Shown: one piece after another, positions 40,834 through 54,676 of the stretch | How positions within the stretch are numbered: position 1 is the first letter of the stretch | Layout of the letters: each line of letters opens with the position of its first letter | Assembly: GCF_006345805.1 (NCBI RefSeq) | Contig: NC_043004.1 | Coordinates: forward strand, 30,566,001-30,630,000 | Origin: Octopus sinensis | Lineage: Eukaryota | Reading direction: 5' to 3' | Length of the DNA: 64,000 nt | The notes under the pieces: generated by a model | Told to the model about the DNA's origin: nothing | The model's input: the letters and a program-made list of their open reading frames with translations, nothing else | The model's database searches: none | Made by a program: the position numbers and the translations under genes

Positions 40834-41627
40834 CACACAAACACACACACACGCGCACATGCACACACACACACACGCACACACACTAATGACAGAAGTG
40901 TCACGGCTGAAATGATAATGTTTTTTTTTATCCTGTTTACAATGATTTATTGGCAAACAAGTAATATTTTTAGAAGTATCGGTTGCTGGACAACACTTAA
41001 TACGCCAGATAATTCTAGTAAACAGCTTTCAGATGAATTTAATTTAATTATGTATTGCATTTACATAATTAGATAATTAATGATGTATATCATAACGAAA
41101 CAGCTGTTGAACACTATTAAAGCGAAATTTATGCTTTTGTATACATTCTAAACGTATACAAAGAAACGTGTATGTCTGTTATACATTATGCTCGAAATAA
41201 ATTATTTATACAGATTTATGATGATTCTTACTCAATAGTACATAACTGTTCGGGAAATAAAGCACTTTCCAACTCATGTGCCTTTATGTCTTTTAAGAGG
41301 TACCCTTGTTTCCAAGGGGACTCCAAGCCACACGCATTCACACAACCAATCTTGATCATAGTCCGAATGAGTTGTGTGTTTTAAGACACAAACAAAAGGA
41401 ACAGAAATCTACCGTTCGAAAATCTTTGTCTCCTCCTTTGATTTTACATCAAGGAGGTTGTTGTAGAGTTCTTTTGGACGAGTATTTTTGACATCTCCTT
41501 ACTGCTTCAGGGTAGAGGGATTATAGTGTATGGTGCAGGATTGGTGGGATGTGTAATATTTTAATGTGTTCTGGTGGTGTTGTGTATGGGTGGTTGCTTG
41601 TTTTTATGTCTTCCTATATTAATTTTG

Positions 41628-42039
41628 GGCATAATTAAATCTCAGAATGAGATTGAAACAGTAATCGCTCGATAATGTAAAGTATAGAAGCCATCTTATC
41701 ATGGCTAACCACATTGGGGAGGGGGTGTTACTGTAGCTTTATAGCCCCAAGAGATCGTCGTCTCTAGCTGGCTTTAGACACAATATCAGTGCCCTTGGAG
41801 TATTTGCAAAGGGAGGCCATCCCTTCCTCGCAAGCCTGAGTGATACGCTCGAACTAGTTTCGGGATTTTTGTCCCTCGTCAACGAGCGGTAACCACTAGG
41901 TCGCGATGAAAGTGAAGGCTGCTTTGCAAATATATAAGTTTTTCTAGTGGCATCTGCCACTGATGTCGAAAAACGGACAGTAAGCATAATTAAATCTCAG
42001 AATGAGATTGAAACAGTAATCGCTCGATAATGTAAATTA
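41628..42039 (-). mobile_element. 412-bp HHR-containing insertion with 53-nt terminal direct repeats and 13-bp TSD (retrozyme-like or solo PLE repeat)
   Basis: Identical 53-nt repeats at 41629-41681 and 41984-42036; TSD TATATTAATTTTG at 41615-41627 and 42040-42052; HHR at 41846-41888. Confidence 0.8.
41835..41900 (-). ncRNA. Type I hammerhead with extended stem I
   Basis: CGCUCG UUGACGA GGGA CAAAAA UCCC GAAA CUAG UU CGAGCG; then a 3x1 internal loop and GUGGU/AUCAC; C3 changed to U. Confidence 0.8.
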
Positions 42040-42759
42040 TATATTAATTTTGTATTCGTGTTTGATGTATTCCATCTACTCTGTATTTTACGTGTTGATG
42101 GCTGTGAGCATCGTTGCTGCATATGTTTTTGTGGTGTTGGTTTTGGTGTTGGTGTTGTTTGTGCTAGTGTTCGAAAGGTTTTCGGGAGATGTGTATCTCC
42201 CTGTTTTGTTTGCGTTTGCTTTTGTTCTTTTCTTGCTTCTCTTCCTCCTTCCTTTTCTGGTTATTTGCCATTCCTCGCCGCTTTCGTTTTCCGACGAAAT
42301 TTCTGAGATATCGGAAGGGGGTAAGGGCATATTGTAAGCGTCTATGTATATTTGTGTAAGTGGTCGTGTTGTTGTTTTCGTTGATGTAGGTTGTTGATTG
42401 TTTGTGTGTGGTGTATGTGATGTAGGGGAAGGGGAATCAGGTCTTGTATTTTCTTTTGGTTTTTCTGTTTCTTTTAGTTCTTGATGTTGTTGTTGTTGAT
42501 GCTTTTCCAGGTGCTGTCGTCTTCTCAACTGTTGGTGTTGGTGGGTTTGGTTCGTGTGTTTCTTGTGTCGTACTCTCTTTGTTTTGTATCTTCTGTGTTA
42601 GTGGTGGTGTGGGTAGTAAAGGTTCTTTTTTCTTTTCACTTTTTCCTTTTTGTGGTGGTTTTTGTTCTTGTTTTTGTTGTAACCATTTATGCACTGCTTC
42701 CTGTTCTTCTTCGTCAGTAACAAACTGACGACTTAGTAAAAGGGTGTTTGAGTGCTCCA

Positions 42760-43560
42760 AAAACGTGATAATTGGAAGGGGTGCACTCTGGACTGTATGT
42801 AGGGCCTCCCTGCAACTTTCAATCCCTTGAAACCTAATTTTTCAATAAGTTTCAACGGTGTGGACGACCATATGTGGGCCTGTCTTGTCGTGCAACATTA
42901 ACGCTTGGTTTGACAATAGGCGTTTGGTGCGAATTGCTGGTTTCAATTTGTTGGCCTGCATTTCACTGTAGCCTTCACTGGTGATTGTAGACCCATTTTC
43001 CAGATAATGTTCCACTATAGACCCTTTTGTGCCCTCGAAACGATTGTCATCATTTTATATAGGGAAGGTTGTGTCTTGAATTTCTCTTTGGCTGGTGATT
43101 CCAAGTGTTTCCGCTCCATATTCTGCCTTTTGAGACTATGCTCTCGAAAAAGCTTTCCTTCATTGTTGTAGCAGTCGAGTAACCATCGACAGATCTCCAC
43201 ACGACTGCGCTTTTGCGCTACGGTAAGATCTCTTGGCACCCATCTCGCACAGAGTTTACGGAAGCAAAGCTTACCAGGGACGATTTCGCATGCAGAACCA
43301 TGACTAATTTGCAGGTAACATGCCACCTCGTCGATGGCCACTCATAGGTTCGCCAAAACCATCTCTCGAGTTTGTTGAATCTTCACGTCAGTGGTGGAGG
43401 GTAATGTACATATTGCTCTCTCTTCGTGTTTCACGCTTGGACAACCATTTAAAAATTTCTCGATTCCTTCATACACTCTTCTACGCGGCGGAGCGCTATC
43501 TCCGTATTATACTGAAAACCAGTGATGAATTTCAGTCCCTGTTCTTCCTTGGTGCACACT
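42760..43560 (-). mobile_element. Mariner transposase pseudogene fragment
   Basis: IDEVACYLQISHGSA...KLCARWVPRDLT...MERKHLESPAKEKFKTQPS. Confidence 0.85.
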
Positions 43561-44493
43561 GCCAGCGAAGTGGCCATGTTTACTCAGTCACATAAGAAAG
43601 AAAAGTGGAGTGATTAAATTCAAACCTCGGTTTCGTAATCACAAGAGTACCACCTAACACGCGTGAGTAGAAGACAGTGCGGCCTACATGTAGAAAGTTT
43701 TTGAGATAATTTTTAATTTCTCGGTGTATTTATTGTCGTCCTATTCTCCGTTTCCAAGTACAACTCTGGTCCTAACTTAACTTTTCCACTTTTGATGTTT
43801 TATTCGAAGAAATTTTTTCTTATTTGTTAGATGTCAAACGTTGTAGATTACAATCCTGCACGGAATAAAATCTGGTTTAGGTATAGGGTTTTAGGTGTGA
43901 GATTAGGATTAATGTGTAGAGTTTAGAGTTAGAATTACATGGATAGCGGAAATTATTGAAAAAAAATACCTTTTTGATGATTTTTTTTTTTTACACAAAT
44001 TCATAGTTTTATCGAGTTTTAGTTAATCTGACAAAAACTGGATGATGTAAAATAGTTGTTGTCGCAGTAGCTAAACTCTTTCTTTCTCTTTCTCTCTCTC
44101 TCCCTCTCTCACTATTCATCTATTTGTTTGTCTGTCTGTCTGTCTCTGTCTATCTATTGATCGATTGCTCAATCAATCAGTCTATTTTTCTGCCATATAT
44201 ATAATTGCAATTTTAAATGAGAATTTTTATCTCTATTTTTCATATATAAATAGACATTATTATATTTTAGAAGATAATATCGATTTCAGTATGAAAATGA
44301 AGGTTGCGCAATTATATCATTATATTGAGGACAGTGTCACATCATTAATGTGGAGAAGTGTTATAGCTATAATGTAGGACCATTGTCACTGTAATGTGGG
44401 GACAATGCCATAAGGGCAATGTGTTTTTATAAGAACAAACGGCATTCCTCACAACTCACTGATTTTAATAAAACGCATCTGCTAAATGCTTAT

Positions 44494-44540
<47 letters not shown>

Positions 44541-46709
44541 TACCTTCATGGAAATTATTTTGCTCCCCTTTATCTCTCTCATGAATCCTTCGTCTCCAAC
44601 TACTTTCCTTCCATGCAGCCATTTCTAAACAAATACCAACTTCTCTCACTTCCTAACACTGTTTACTTCATCCTATTCCTTATACTGTTAAGGACTCAAC
44701 AGAACTTTCTCTCTCTTTGAAGAAGGATTTTGTCTGAAATGCAGAAATCTCCTCATATCCAATTCAAGTCATTTTGCTTCTTTCCAATTAATTATTCACA
44801 TTTGATTAAACATTTTAAAGACGCAAAAAACTCTTCAAAAATGCCAGTCAAACAGATGGTGATGGCTTAAAGATAGTTGTATTATTGTTAAAGTATCATT
44901 ACAAAGACTTTGAGGTAAAATGCCTCTGGGACATTTAATCATCTCTTTTATTTCGCTAGAATTTGTCGCAAAACGTCTGCATAATTTTGGTTTTGCTAAA
45001 ATCACTGATAACAGCAGAATCTCTCAGGAACAAGAAATGTAAATAAACAAAATAAATGATTGGTGAACCTTCTTCAATACTGTGCATAACTCATAATTTA
45101 ATATAGACTGTGTGAAACAAGGAAGAGAGAGCTTCACAGGGCACTTATTATAATAGACCTCATAATACACTTGCCACCACATAGTACTTTGTGCAAGTGG
45201 TTCTACTCTAGTCCCAGGTTTGAACTACGCCATGTTAGACAGCTTGATAGATAAAAACTTATTAGTCCTTTATGTGTGTGTGTGTATGTGTGTCTATGCA
45301 CACATACATATATATGCACATATATTTATATGTGTGTATGTGTCTTTGTCTGTGTGTGTGCATGCATGCATGACTGTGCTTGAATGTTAACATTTTGTTT
45401 GTCTCTATTTGAGTGAAGCAGTGCCAATGTTAGCATTATGACTGATCTTTCTGCTTTCCCAAAGACCTGTGGAACATAAAACTCCTGTACCTGAAAAGCA
45501 GGTGAGAGTCGGTATCAAGAAGTGCATCCAGTCATAACTTCCTACTTCAGAATCAATTCCCACCCAACACATATAAGCAAGGAGAAAGATGACTGTAACT
45601 TCAAAGTTTTGCCTTGCTTGCCATCATCAGACTATGATTTACATTGATTCAGTAAGTGGTGTATATGTGGTTAGGTATACTACTTGAAGCTTGTTGACCA
45701 ATTTCATATAGTGTTTCTCTTTTCAAATGAATCATCACTGAAATAATGAGATGTCATGTCAGAGATTTCCTAGTCACAGCAGAAACTATGAATTGAATTT
45801 GCTTTCAGTTTTCTGGGGAAATTGTAAAAAAAGGTGTGTTATGTCAGGGTTTTAATCTGGAATGGATAACCATTAAGTTTAACTAGATATTGTTGTTGAG
45901 AGAAACATCAGACAGAAGACTGGACAGTATAAGAAATTATTTAGTACCAGCTGTAGCCAACCCTAGCTGAGGAGTTTACTTTCAATGACATGACGTCTAT
46001 GACCAGGGCTTATAAGAGCAGGTTTCAATAATTACAGCAATCTGGAGCCTGATGACCTATGGAGGGACACCGTGATTCTCTGAGAGGGGAATGAAGTCCT
46101 GCTTCCTCATGTGGAACTCAATAGCAACCCACATTCTGCCTTGAAAAATTTCTCTTGGAGTTCCTGTCTGTGATAACCTCCTTCTTTTTTCAATGTGAAG
46201 TGAAGCCATAACCATAAAATTTAATATGGTCTTCTTTTCTAATATAAATTATGATTTAAGAGAAATTTGGCTTCTCTTTCTACCAGGATTATCAACCACG
46301 TCAAAGTTCATTTCGTGTTGCATTTAGTGTAAGCTTTTGTTGTTTAACCCTTGGTCAGTTTTGACTGAGCAAACATGTAATCAAGGATATTTTCCCATGA
46401 CCATCAGATCGTTTTTCTCACTCCACCCATCAAATCATATTTTGATATCTTAAATAAGAAAGGTTATAATGTATTATGTAATCCTAGATAGACTGTGGCA
46501 GAGAAAATAAGGACAAGATAATTACAATGACTGATTATTGATTTGCTTGATCAAGTAGTGTGTGTGTTTGCTTGATCAAGTAGTGTGTGTGTATACAGCA
46601 CCTTGGGGAATTATCTTCTACTTTGGCCCTGGGCTGACCAAAACCTTGCAAGTGAACTTGGTCAACAAAAACTGAAGCTCATATACATACATACATACAT
46701 ACATACATA

Positions 46710-47089
46710 CACTACCGTCAGAAATTAATTAGCACCCTTGATTTGCTCTTCACTCAAGGTATGTGCTGTCACCTAGTGGCTATATCTCAAACTATTGCTT
46801 TGTTGCGAGTTCACTGTTGCACAGAACGATGATGTAACTTTGTTTGCAGAGCAGTTTGAGAGTCTACAGCCTTATGATGTTGACATAGCAGTGCAACAAC
46901 AACTTGGAGTGCGGATGCAGACAAATCTTCCTTTGTTTAATAGATATAGGTAGCGCCTCGCAAGGACCGAAATCACACCATACTAAGTTTTCTCATCGCG
47001 TAAGACGTTTTGAACAGCTCATAGGTTAATTGATTTAACCTATTTAATGTAGAAATTTGAGAAGTACTAATTAATTTCTGACGCAAGTG
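46710..47089. mobile_element. Tc1-like MITE (380 bp) in a (TACA)n tract
   Basis: 26-bp TIRs CACTACCGTCAGAAATTAATTAGCAC / CACTTGCGTCAGAAATTAATTAGTAC (23/26), TA on both sides. Confidence 0.85.
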
Positions 47090-47469
47090 TACATACATAC
47101 ATACATACATACATACATCAGTTGAATAAAGTTAAGACATGGTCAGGTTTTCACGTTTTTTATTATTGTATTAAAAAAAAAACTTTTACAGTATTGAAGT
47201 GTGTTAAACATTAAAAAAAATATTTTGTAATGTACATAAATTCAATTAGCACTTTCATATTTTCATTGTAAAATTCGATTTCAAAATGTATTTAACTGAC
47301 AGTTGAGTTCTTGACAACTGTAGTAAAATGACTGACTTCTTCATTTTATACTTCTTGGAAGGCTCCAACAAGCTGAATTTTTGGAATACAGTTTTGACCA
47401 ATCTACATGCAGCTTAAACATCACGGTTTGATGAGCATACCAATATTACTGGCATAGATTCTGCCTATT

Positions 47470-47800
47470 TTTTAACCAAGATTGGCTGCTTTTTGGAGCT
47501 CCTCTATACTGAATCATTACCGGAACTAGTGAAGAGATTTCAGATGTGGAAGCAGGGTCTGTAATCAAAGGGCCTTAGAGCTAATTTAGCAAACATCGAA
47601 GTGCTTGAGTACAAGAAAACAAATTACTAATCCCATTGGGGAGATGACCCAGCTCAATATATAGAAATGGTGTGGGTAGAAATTCTATATGGTGTACCCA
47701 ATGCAAACTATGGACACATAGGACGTGCAAAGGTATACTGGAAGGTTAACAGAGAAAGTAGTCTTTGTTTGGATGATGTGCAGCTATAATAAACACTAAA
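47470..47800 (+). mobile_element. RTE LINE RT C-terminal fragment
   Basis: Degenerate ELLY...FQMWKQGL..KGLRANLA...Cys-rich segment; homologous to 50480-52230. Confidence 0.65.
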
Positions 47801-48594
47801 AATCTACAGAAAATAGACTTAGTCAAATGTCCAGTAAGGTCCTTCGAAGTAGTAGATAGCTTAGAAGCACCAAGTATAGTCTGTAAAGTGGCTGGTGTTA
47901 TGAAGAGCATTGAGCTATAGAAACCATGTCAAAACAGACAATAGGAGCCTGGTACAGCTCTCCTGTTCCTAACTCCTGTCTAATCATCTAACCTATGCCA
48001 GCATAGAACATGAACATTATATGATGGTGATATTATATAGAAGTATATATACACACATATATATATATATATGTATAAGTATATATATGCATATATGTAT
48101 ACAAATATATGCATATATGTGTCTTTCTGATTGTTTGTCTGTCTGATCAAGTGTATGTGCTCTTGGTCTATGGTATTGATGGAGATTTCTTTGTTGAATT
48201 GGAATGTTTTGATAAGGATTCTGTATTTGTTCAGAGATGTTCAACATTGATTTCGTAGAGTATTGGGATAACACATGCTTATGTACACACAACACAACAA
48301 ACATTATATATATATATATACAACTGTTTGTATGTATAAGAATACACAGATTTTTGGTCAGACTGTAATGGACTAACAGATTTAGAAATTGTATTGTTAC
48401 TAAAGCAAATATAAGAAGCTGATAAGGAAATACAAAAAATCTTAAATAGAAGAATTAACTAGAACAGAGTTAATTTTATATGCAAAGATACGTGTGTGTG
48501 TGTACATATATATGTGTCTAGAAAATATTATCAAAATATATATGTATACACACACACACGCACACACACACACACATATACTTACGCACACAGA

Positions 48595-49330
48595 GGTCGT
48601 AATGAAAGTTCTGTCCATTTCTTTGAAGGAAAATTATAAGACTTGAATACACCAATCTAGTTTCTAAATGATATTAGTAACTATCTAAATCCCTAAAACA
48701 TTATTTCTTCTTTCAGTTGACCCAAATGTACATCCCAAGTAAAGAGCATAAATGGCATGTTTTACTGTTTGAATTCCAGAAAGGAATACAGCAAGTTCAG
48801 CAGCAAGATCATTCAAAAGCACTTATAGAAATGATGTGGTGAATGGAAGGACATGCAGGAGATGGTTTTCACATTTCAAAAAGGGTGACTTTAGTCTAAA
48901 AGATGAAGCAAGAGAAGGATGTCCCAAAGGACTCAATTCTGAGAAATTGCAAGCTACTATTGATGAAAATCTAACCATTACAACTAAAGAACTTAGCAAG
49001 GGGTTTAATGTGAGGCATAGCACCATCTATCATGGAATAATAAGGCTTGGAAGATGGGTTTGAAATGATCTGTCTTAAAACAATCGCAAGCAACATGTGG
49101 ACTGCTGTCTCGTTGCATTCTCGTGAACTTCAAACACATTTTTATTTTTTGACAGAATCATTATTGGAGATGAGAAGTGGATTCTCTACAATAATGTTAA
49201 TTGCAAAAGACAGTGGCTCAGCCATAATTCAAAGCCTATCTAACAGACACGAAGTGGTCTGCATTGAAAGAAGATTCTTTTGAGTGTATTGAGACATGAG
49301 GGAAATTGTTTATTATGTGCTGTTAGGTGA
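48595..49330 (+). mobile_element. Mos1-like mariner relic
   Basis: RTCRRWFSHFKKGDFSLKDEAREGCP; following frame encodes a TGDEKWILY-like motif. Confidence 0.8.
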
Positions 49331-49701
49331 CAATCAAACACACATCCCAGTCCAGGAATCGAACTCACTATCTCCTGATTGTGAGTCCAACACTCTAACC
49401 ACTATATATATATATATATACATATATATAATAGCAACAGAAGTAGTATTAACACCGTGAAGTAATATTTATCCCCACTTAAACGTGAATGTTCTATTGC
49501 AACAAACTTCTCTGTGGTAGTTGCTATGGCAATACCACACAGAGAAATCTCAGCCTGAACAAGCTAGGTTCCTGTAAGAAGCCTATGAAACTTCAAATCA
49601 CATAGATCCAAATCAAACTGCTTAAAATAATAATAGAGCTCCTAATAAATGTATTGAGCACTTTTTCTTTTATTTGTCTGCATGCATGCATGCAAACACA
49701 T

Positions 49702-49737
<36 letters not shown>

Positions 49738-50257
49738 ATGTTCCATGCTGACATGGGTTTGCACAGTTTAACAAGATCTGAATGTGGCTGTCTATTTTAG
49801 TATGGTTACTATGGCTGGATGCCCTCCCTAATGTCAATCACTTTACAGCATGTATGGGGTGGTTTAATGGCAGCACTATAACTAATGAGGACATCGTGCA
49901 GCTTACAACACATTGAGCATTGTATGGGAGGTGGCTTCATGCTAGATGAGTTAAAGTATCATAGAAAGGAGTAAAGCAGGTTTTTTATTGTAGAGAATCT
50001 TACATAGCTACTCACATCTAGAAGAGATGATGAGAATTATCAGATGGAGCAGCAAAGAAATAAATTGTGTTGATAAGGAATCCAGTCAACTCTTGAAGGT
50101 ACAAGGTTTGTTGAAGTGAATGGGGACAGAGAAACTAGGGGTGTGGGTGGATGGGGTTTGCAAGTGTATATGGAGGAGTAAAAGATGAGGGAATAAGAGA
50201 GAGGGTTGAGGGATGGCCGTAGGGAATGGTGGATCAGGTAAAGGTGGCAAGCTGGCA

Positions 50258-50476
50258 GAATTGTTAGCATGCCAGGTGAAATGCTCAGCAGTATTTCGTC
50301 TGTCGCTACGTTCTGAGTTCAAATTCCACCGAAGTCGACTTTGCCTTTCATCCTTTTGGTGTCGATAAATTAAATACCAGTTACGCACTGGAGTCGATAT
50401 AATCGACTTAATCCGTTTGTCTGTCCTTGTTTGTCCTCTCTGTGTTTAGCCCCTTGTGGGTAGTAAAGAAATAGGT
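50258..50476 (+). mobile_element. SINE (MetaSINE-like core)
   Basis: ggcagaattgttagc...gagttcaaatt...gcctttcatcc...gtcgataaattaaataccag. Confidence 0.75.
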
Positions 50477-50479
50477 AAA

Positions 50480-52230
50480 GAGCCAGAGGACAGCAATGAT
50501 GTTTTGATTGACATGAAGAGGATGAGGGAGATGACATATAGTTAGATAGACTACAAACAAGAGTGGGGAGAAAGAGAAGCAGGCATTGGATACAGTGCAT
50601 GGAGTTTATATCGACTCCTTTTCTGCATACCAAGCAAGGCCATTTCTCTGAAGGTAACAGGGTTGTCTTCTTTCCCACTTACTAAAACCTTAGTTTTTCC
50701 TAAGTTTACTCTTAGGTTCCACTTCTATGTTTGGAATTCCCTCCCAAATTTCCCTGAAGATTCAGCTCTGAGAAGTAGCTCATCAGCATATAGGAGTACC
50801 CACGGACAATCAGTCTTAAGTTCTTGTGTGATGACCGCTAGGACTATTATGAATTGGAGGTAAATGAGGACTGAACCTTGATGGATTTCAACCCTCGTGC
50901 TAAATTCATCACTGATGTTGTTGATCTCACTTTACTTACTGCATCTTTGTACTTGTTCGAGTCTTACAAGCCATACTACTAACTTGATCACCTAGGTAAT
51001 AGAAGCTATCTACAACCTCTAGCTTATCCCCATGGCAGTTGATGGAGTCTATTTTCTGTATATTTTTAATGTTTATTTTACCTGTGCATCTACCACACAC
51101 AAAAGCTATTTTCCTTGTTAACCTTCCTCTGCACCTTTTATATGTTCAAAGCTTACACCAGGTGCATCTTACAGAGATACTATCTACACCTTTTCTACAG
51201 ATTGAGCAGGACCCAGCACTTACCACAATCAGCACTTAATTTCCTTATTGAACACCAGATCACTGTATATAGTATACCAACAAATACCTTCTCCAAGTTA
51301 ACAAATACCTTCTCCAAGTTAACAAATGTTAGGAATTATGGCTTGCTCTTAGCCAGGTATTTCTCCTGTAGTTGCTTCACTATAAAGATTGCATCCATGG
51401 TAGCTCTTCAAGGCACAAAGTGAAACTGCAACTTATCTAAATCTATCTTGTCATGATCCAATCATGCTATGACTCTTTCTGTCATAGCAAAATTGACCTT
51501 CATAACCTAATCCAGTAATTTGATTACTTCAAAATTGTTTCTCGCTAAGGCATTTCCTTTGTATGTTTAGCAGTTTACAATGATACTGCTACACCAGTCA
51601 TTGGGTATGACTCCTTGTATAACTTGATTAACTATATAAGTGGAAATCATATACCATACCTTACCAGATATTTTGAGCATCTTTGCAACTATCCTTGCTG
51701 GATCAGCAGCTTTCCTTCTTTCCATAATCTTGATTGCTTTATGTGCTATGTTACTGCCAACTTGAATTGCTGGCTCTGTCAGGGTCAACATAAGGTAGCC
51801 CTTTTCTTCCCATGCATTCTCCATGTTTGATAGCTTAACAGTGATGAATATACTTTCATTGTTCTGAATACACTACTCACCATTGACATCTCAGTTCTCT
51901 CTCACATACTGACTCACATTCATGAATATCTCACACCTCTGATCTTCATGTTGCAAGACAAATGCAAATCTATTTCTCTCTGCTTCTCCCTTGGTCAAGT
52001 ATACCTGTTACCTAGCTGCCATCCAAGCTATTTGCTACTGCTATCTACAACCACTTAACCTTCCATGTTTACCAAGCCTGTCTCTTAATGTCTACTGTTC
52101 CATCAACTGTATAATTCCACACCTATGTTACATATACTCTGCATGTAGCCGTTTTAAACTGGATGTTCAATTCAGTATTGAGATATTCAGTTGTATACTA
52201 CTACTTTACAATCCATGAGTACAAATTGTT
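50480..52230 (-). mobile_element. RTE LINE RT region, decayed
   Basis: KAADPARIVAKMLKISG...VIPNDWCSSIIVNC; PSEKWPCLVCRKGVDINSMHCIQC. Confidence 0.75.
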
Positions 52231-52432
52231 TTTTAAATAACTCTTTCAATTCTGTTGTTCAATGACTTTCTCTTGCTGAATCAGTTTGCAATTTTCCTGA
52301 AAAATTAAGAGGAGGATTAGATTTTCAAGCAAGCAAGGTTTTGTCAAGTTAAACCCACTAAGTCAACTGTTTAAAATTGGCCTCAATTTATCTGCAAATT
52401 CCAGTAAATATTTATATATCTATATAAATATA

Positions 52433-52474
<42 letters not shown>

Positions 52475-53205
52475 CACAAAATTAAGAGGAATGACCACTA
52501 TGCTAAACATAGATGTCAAATCGCCATTAAATTTAAATATATATATATTTATATATATATTTATTTATATATTCATTTATATAAATACATATACATTTAT
52601 TCATTATATATATATATATATTTATTTACTTACGTAAATATATATTTAATTATATATTTATTTATTTATATTATTATATATTTATTTATTGATATAAATA
52701 TATATTTTTTTATTCATAGAAGTATATATACATACATAAATAAACTTAAGTCACAATATATAGATTCAAATAATCTGGTAGTACTCATAAAAAAAGCTCC
52801 TTAATGTATCATTCTTCAAAACATATAGAATATATAGTACGATACAAGAGAAAACGATATGGAATGTATAAAGTCATAAATGACAGAGTAATAGTTTGAT
52901 AATATTTTATTCAACCATAAGTAATTTCTATTATCACAAAAAATTGTTTCACAACTTAAAAACACAAATATTTTATATTATCGTATTCAATAATAAATAA
53001 ATTACTTACATACTTGCTTTAATGCAAAATGCAAAAAATCCTTCAAAATAATACAAAATTTAAGCTACATTTTCAGGCATGTAAGTAGTTTGTTTATTAT
53101 TAAATGATTAAATGATTTACATGTTTTTAAGCTATGAAATAATTAGTCGTGATATTAGAATTTTCTTATTGTTAAAGATTCATCTAACAATTTCTGTCAT
53201 TTATT

Positions 53206-53319
<114 letters not shown>

Positions 53320-53369
53320 AATATATATGCAATGACAAGGGAACATAAATTATGTAACCACCTTCATTA

Positions 53370-53449
53370 CCTTACAGCTGTTACTTCTATAGGTTGCAGT
53401 ACACTCAGAATTGAGTGTTTGTGCATCACAATAATGCTTCCTCAGAGCC
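53370..53449 (-). ncRNA. Degenerate hammerhead with long stem II
   Basis: GGCU CUGAGGA A [hairpin] ...AA CAGCUG UA AGG; GAAA corrupted; homologous to 21202-21280. Confidence 0.45.
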
Positions 53450-54343
53450 TTTAAAGTGAAGTATATAGTTATTTGGGAAATCATTTATATACATGGAAAA
53501 GATTACAATAAAAAAATGAACTTTTCCGTGTGTGTGTGTGTGTGTTTGTGGAGGAGTGTATGCATGCATGTTTGCATCTATTTGTTTTGGCATTATGCAA
53601 TTGATATTACGTACATACACACACATAAACACACAGAGGCACAAATATGGCTGTGTAGTAAGAGGCTTGCTTGCTTCCAAGCCACATGGTTCAGGGTTCA
53701 GTCTCATCGCATGGCACCTTGGGCAAGTGTCTTCTACAACAAGGAAAGAAGCTTGTTGTGTGTGTGTGTGTGTGTGTTTGTGGAAAATACAACAACGCGA
53801 GGACATGGAACAAGTATAGTGCTATTGGACGCTCAGGAAAGGAAAGAAAGAAGGAGGATTTAACATTTTGAGCGGAGCTCTTCGTCAAAAACATAGGAAA
53901 AGGAAAGATCCAAGGAAAGGAAGACGGAGGAAAAAATCGCCAACTGTACACAAGCGGTCACATTTTGAAAGCATATATATATGCGTTTCTTTGTCTCTGA
54001 GTTTGTCCCCCACTACCACTTGACAACCGGTGCTGGTGTGTTTATGTCCTCATAACTTATTTGTTCAACAAAAGTGACCAATAGAATAAGAACCAGGATT
54101 TAAAAAAATAAATACTGGGGTCAATACGTTTGACTAAAAATTCTTCAAGCTAGTCCCCCAGCATGATCCCAGTGTAATGTCTGAAAGAAGTAAAAGAAAG
54201 AAGATATACATACATATACATATATGTATATAAGTATATATATATATAAGCAATATTAAATCTCTGAACGAGGTATGAACAGTAGCTGCACAACAATGTG
54301 AAGTATATTTGCCACTTAAATGTGGCTAACCACAAAAGGAAGG

Positions 54344-54676
54344 TGCATGGCTCAATGGTTAGAGCATTGAGTTTATGATCATGAGGTTGTGAGTTCGATT
54401 CTCGGACTGTGCTGCAGGTTGTATTCTTGAGTAAGTCACTTTATTTCACGTTGCTCCAGTTCACTCAGGTGTAGAAATGAGTTGCGACATCACTGGTGCC
54501 AAGCTGTATCAGCCTTTGCCATTCCCTTGGATAACATCAGTGGTGTGGAGAGGGAAGGCTGGTATGCATGGGTGACTGCTGGCCTTCCACAAACAATCTT
54601 GCCTGGACTTGTGCCTTGGAGGGTAACGTTCTAGGTGCAATTCCATTGTCATTCATGACCAAAGGGGGTTTCCTCA
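54344..54676 (+). mobile_element. tRNA-derived SINE, fourth family
   Basis: ggctcaatggttagagc...gagttcgattc head; ttgctccagttcactcag core. Confidence 0.75.

Larger units (their letters stand above)
41200..42760 (-). mobile_element. L1/Tx1-like LINE relic (low-complexity ORF1 tail plus start of apurinic endonuclease)
   Basis: ATG at 41359 gives MIKIGCVNACGLESPWKQGYLLKDIKAHELE (APE N-terminus-like); upstream low-complexity ORFs at 42088-42760. Confidence 0.55.

Noticed and set aside
41629-42036. 53-nt direct repeats as a CRISPR-like array or an oversized TSD
   Set aside because: Only two copies in a eukaryotic context; a separate 13-bp TSD lies outside them and the repeat ends are homologous to the 57.2 kb element, so they belong to the element
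43875-43935. Degenerate TTAGG-like run
   Set aside because: Too eroded to call an interstitial telomeric repeat
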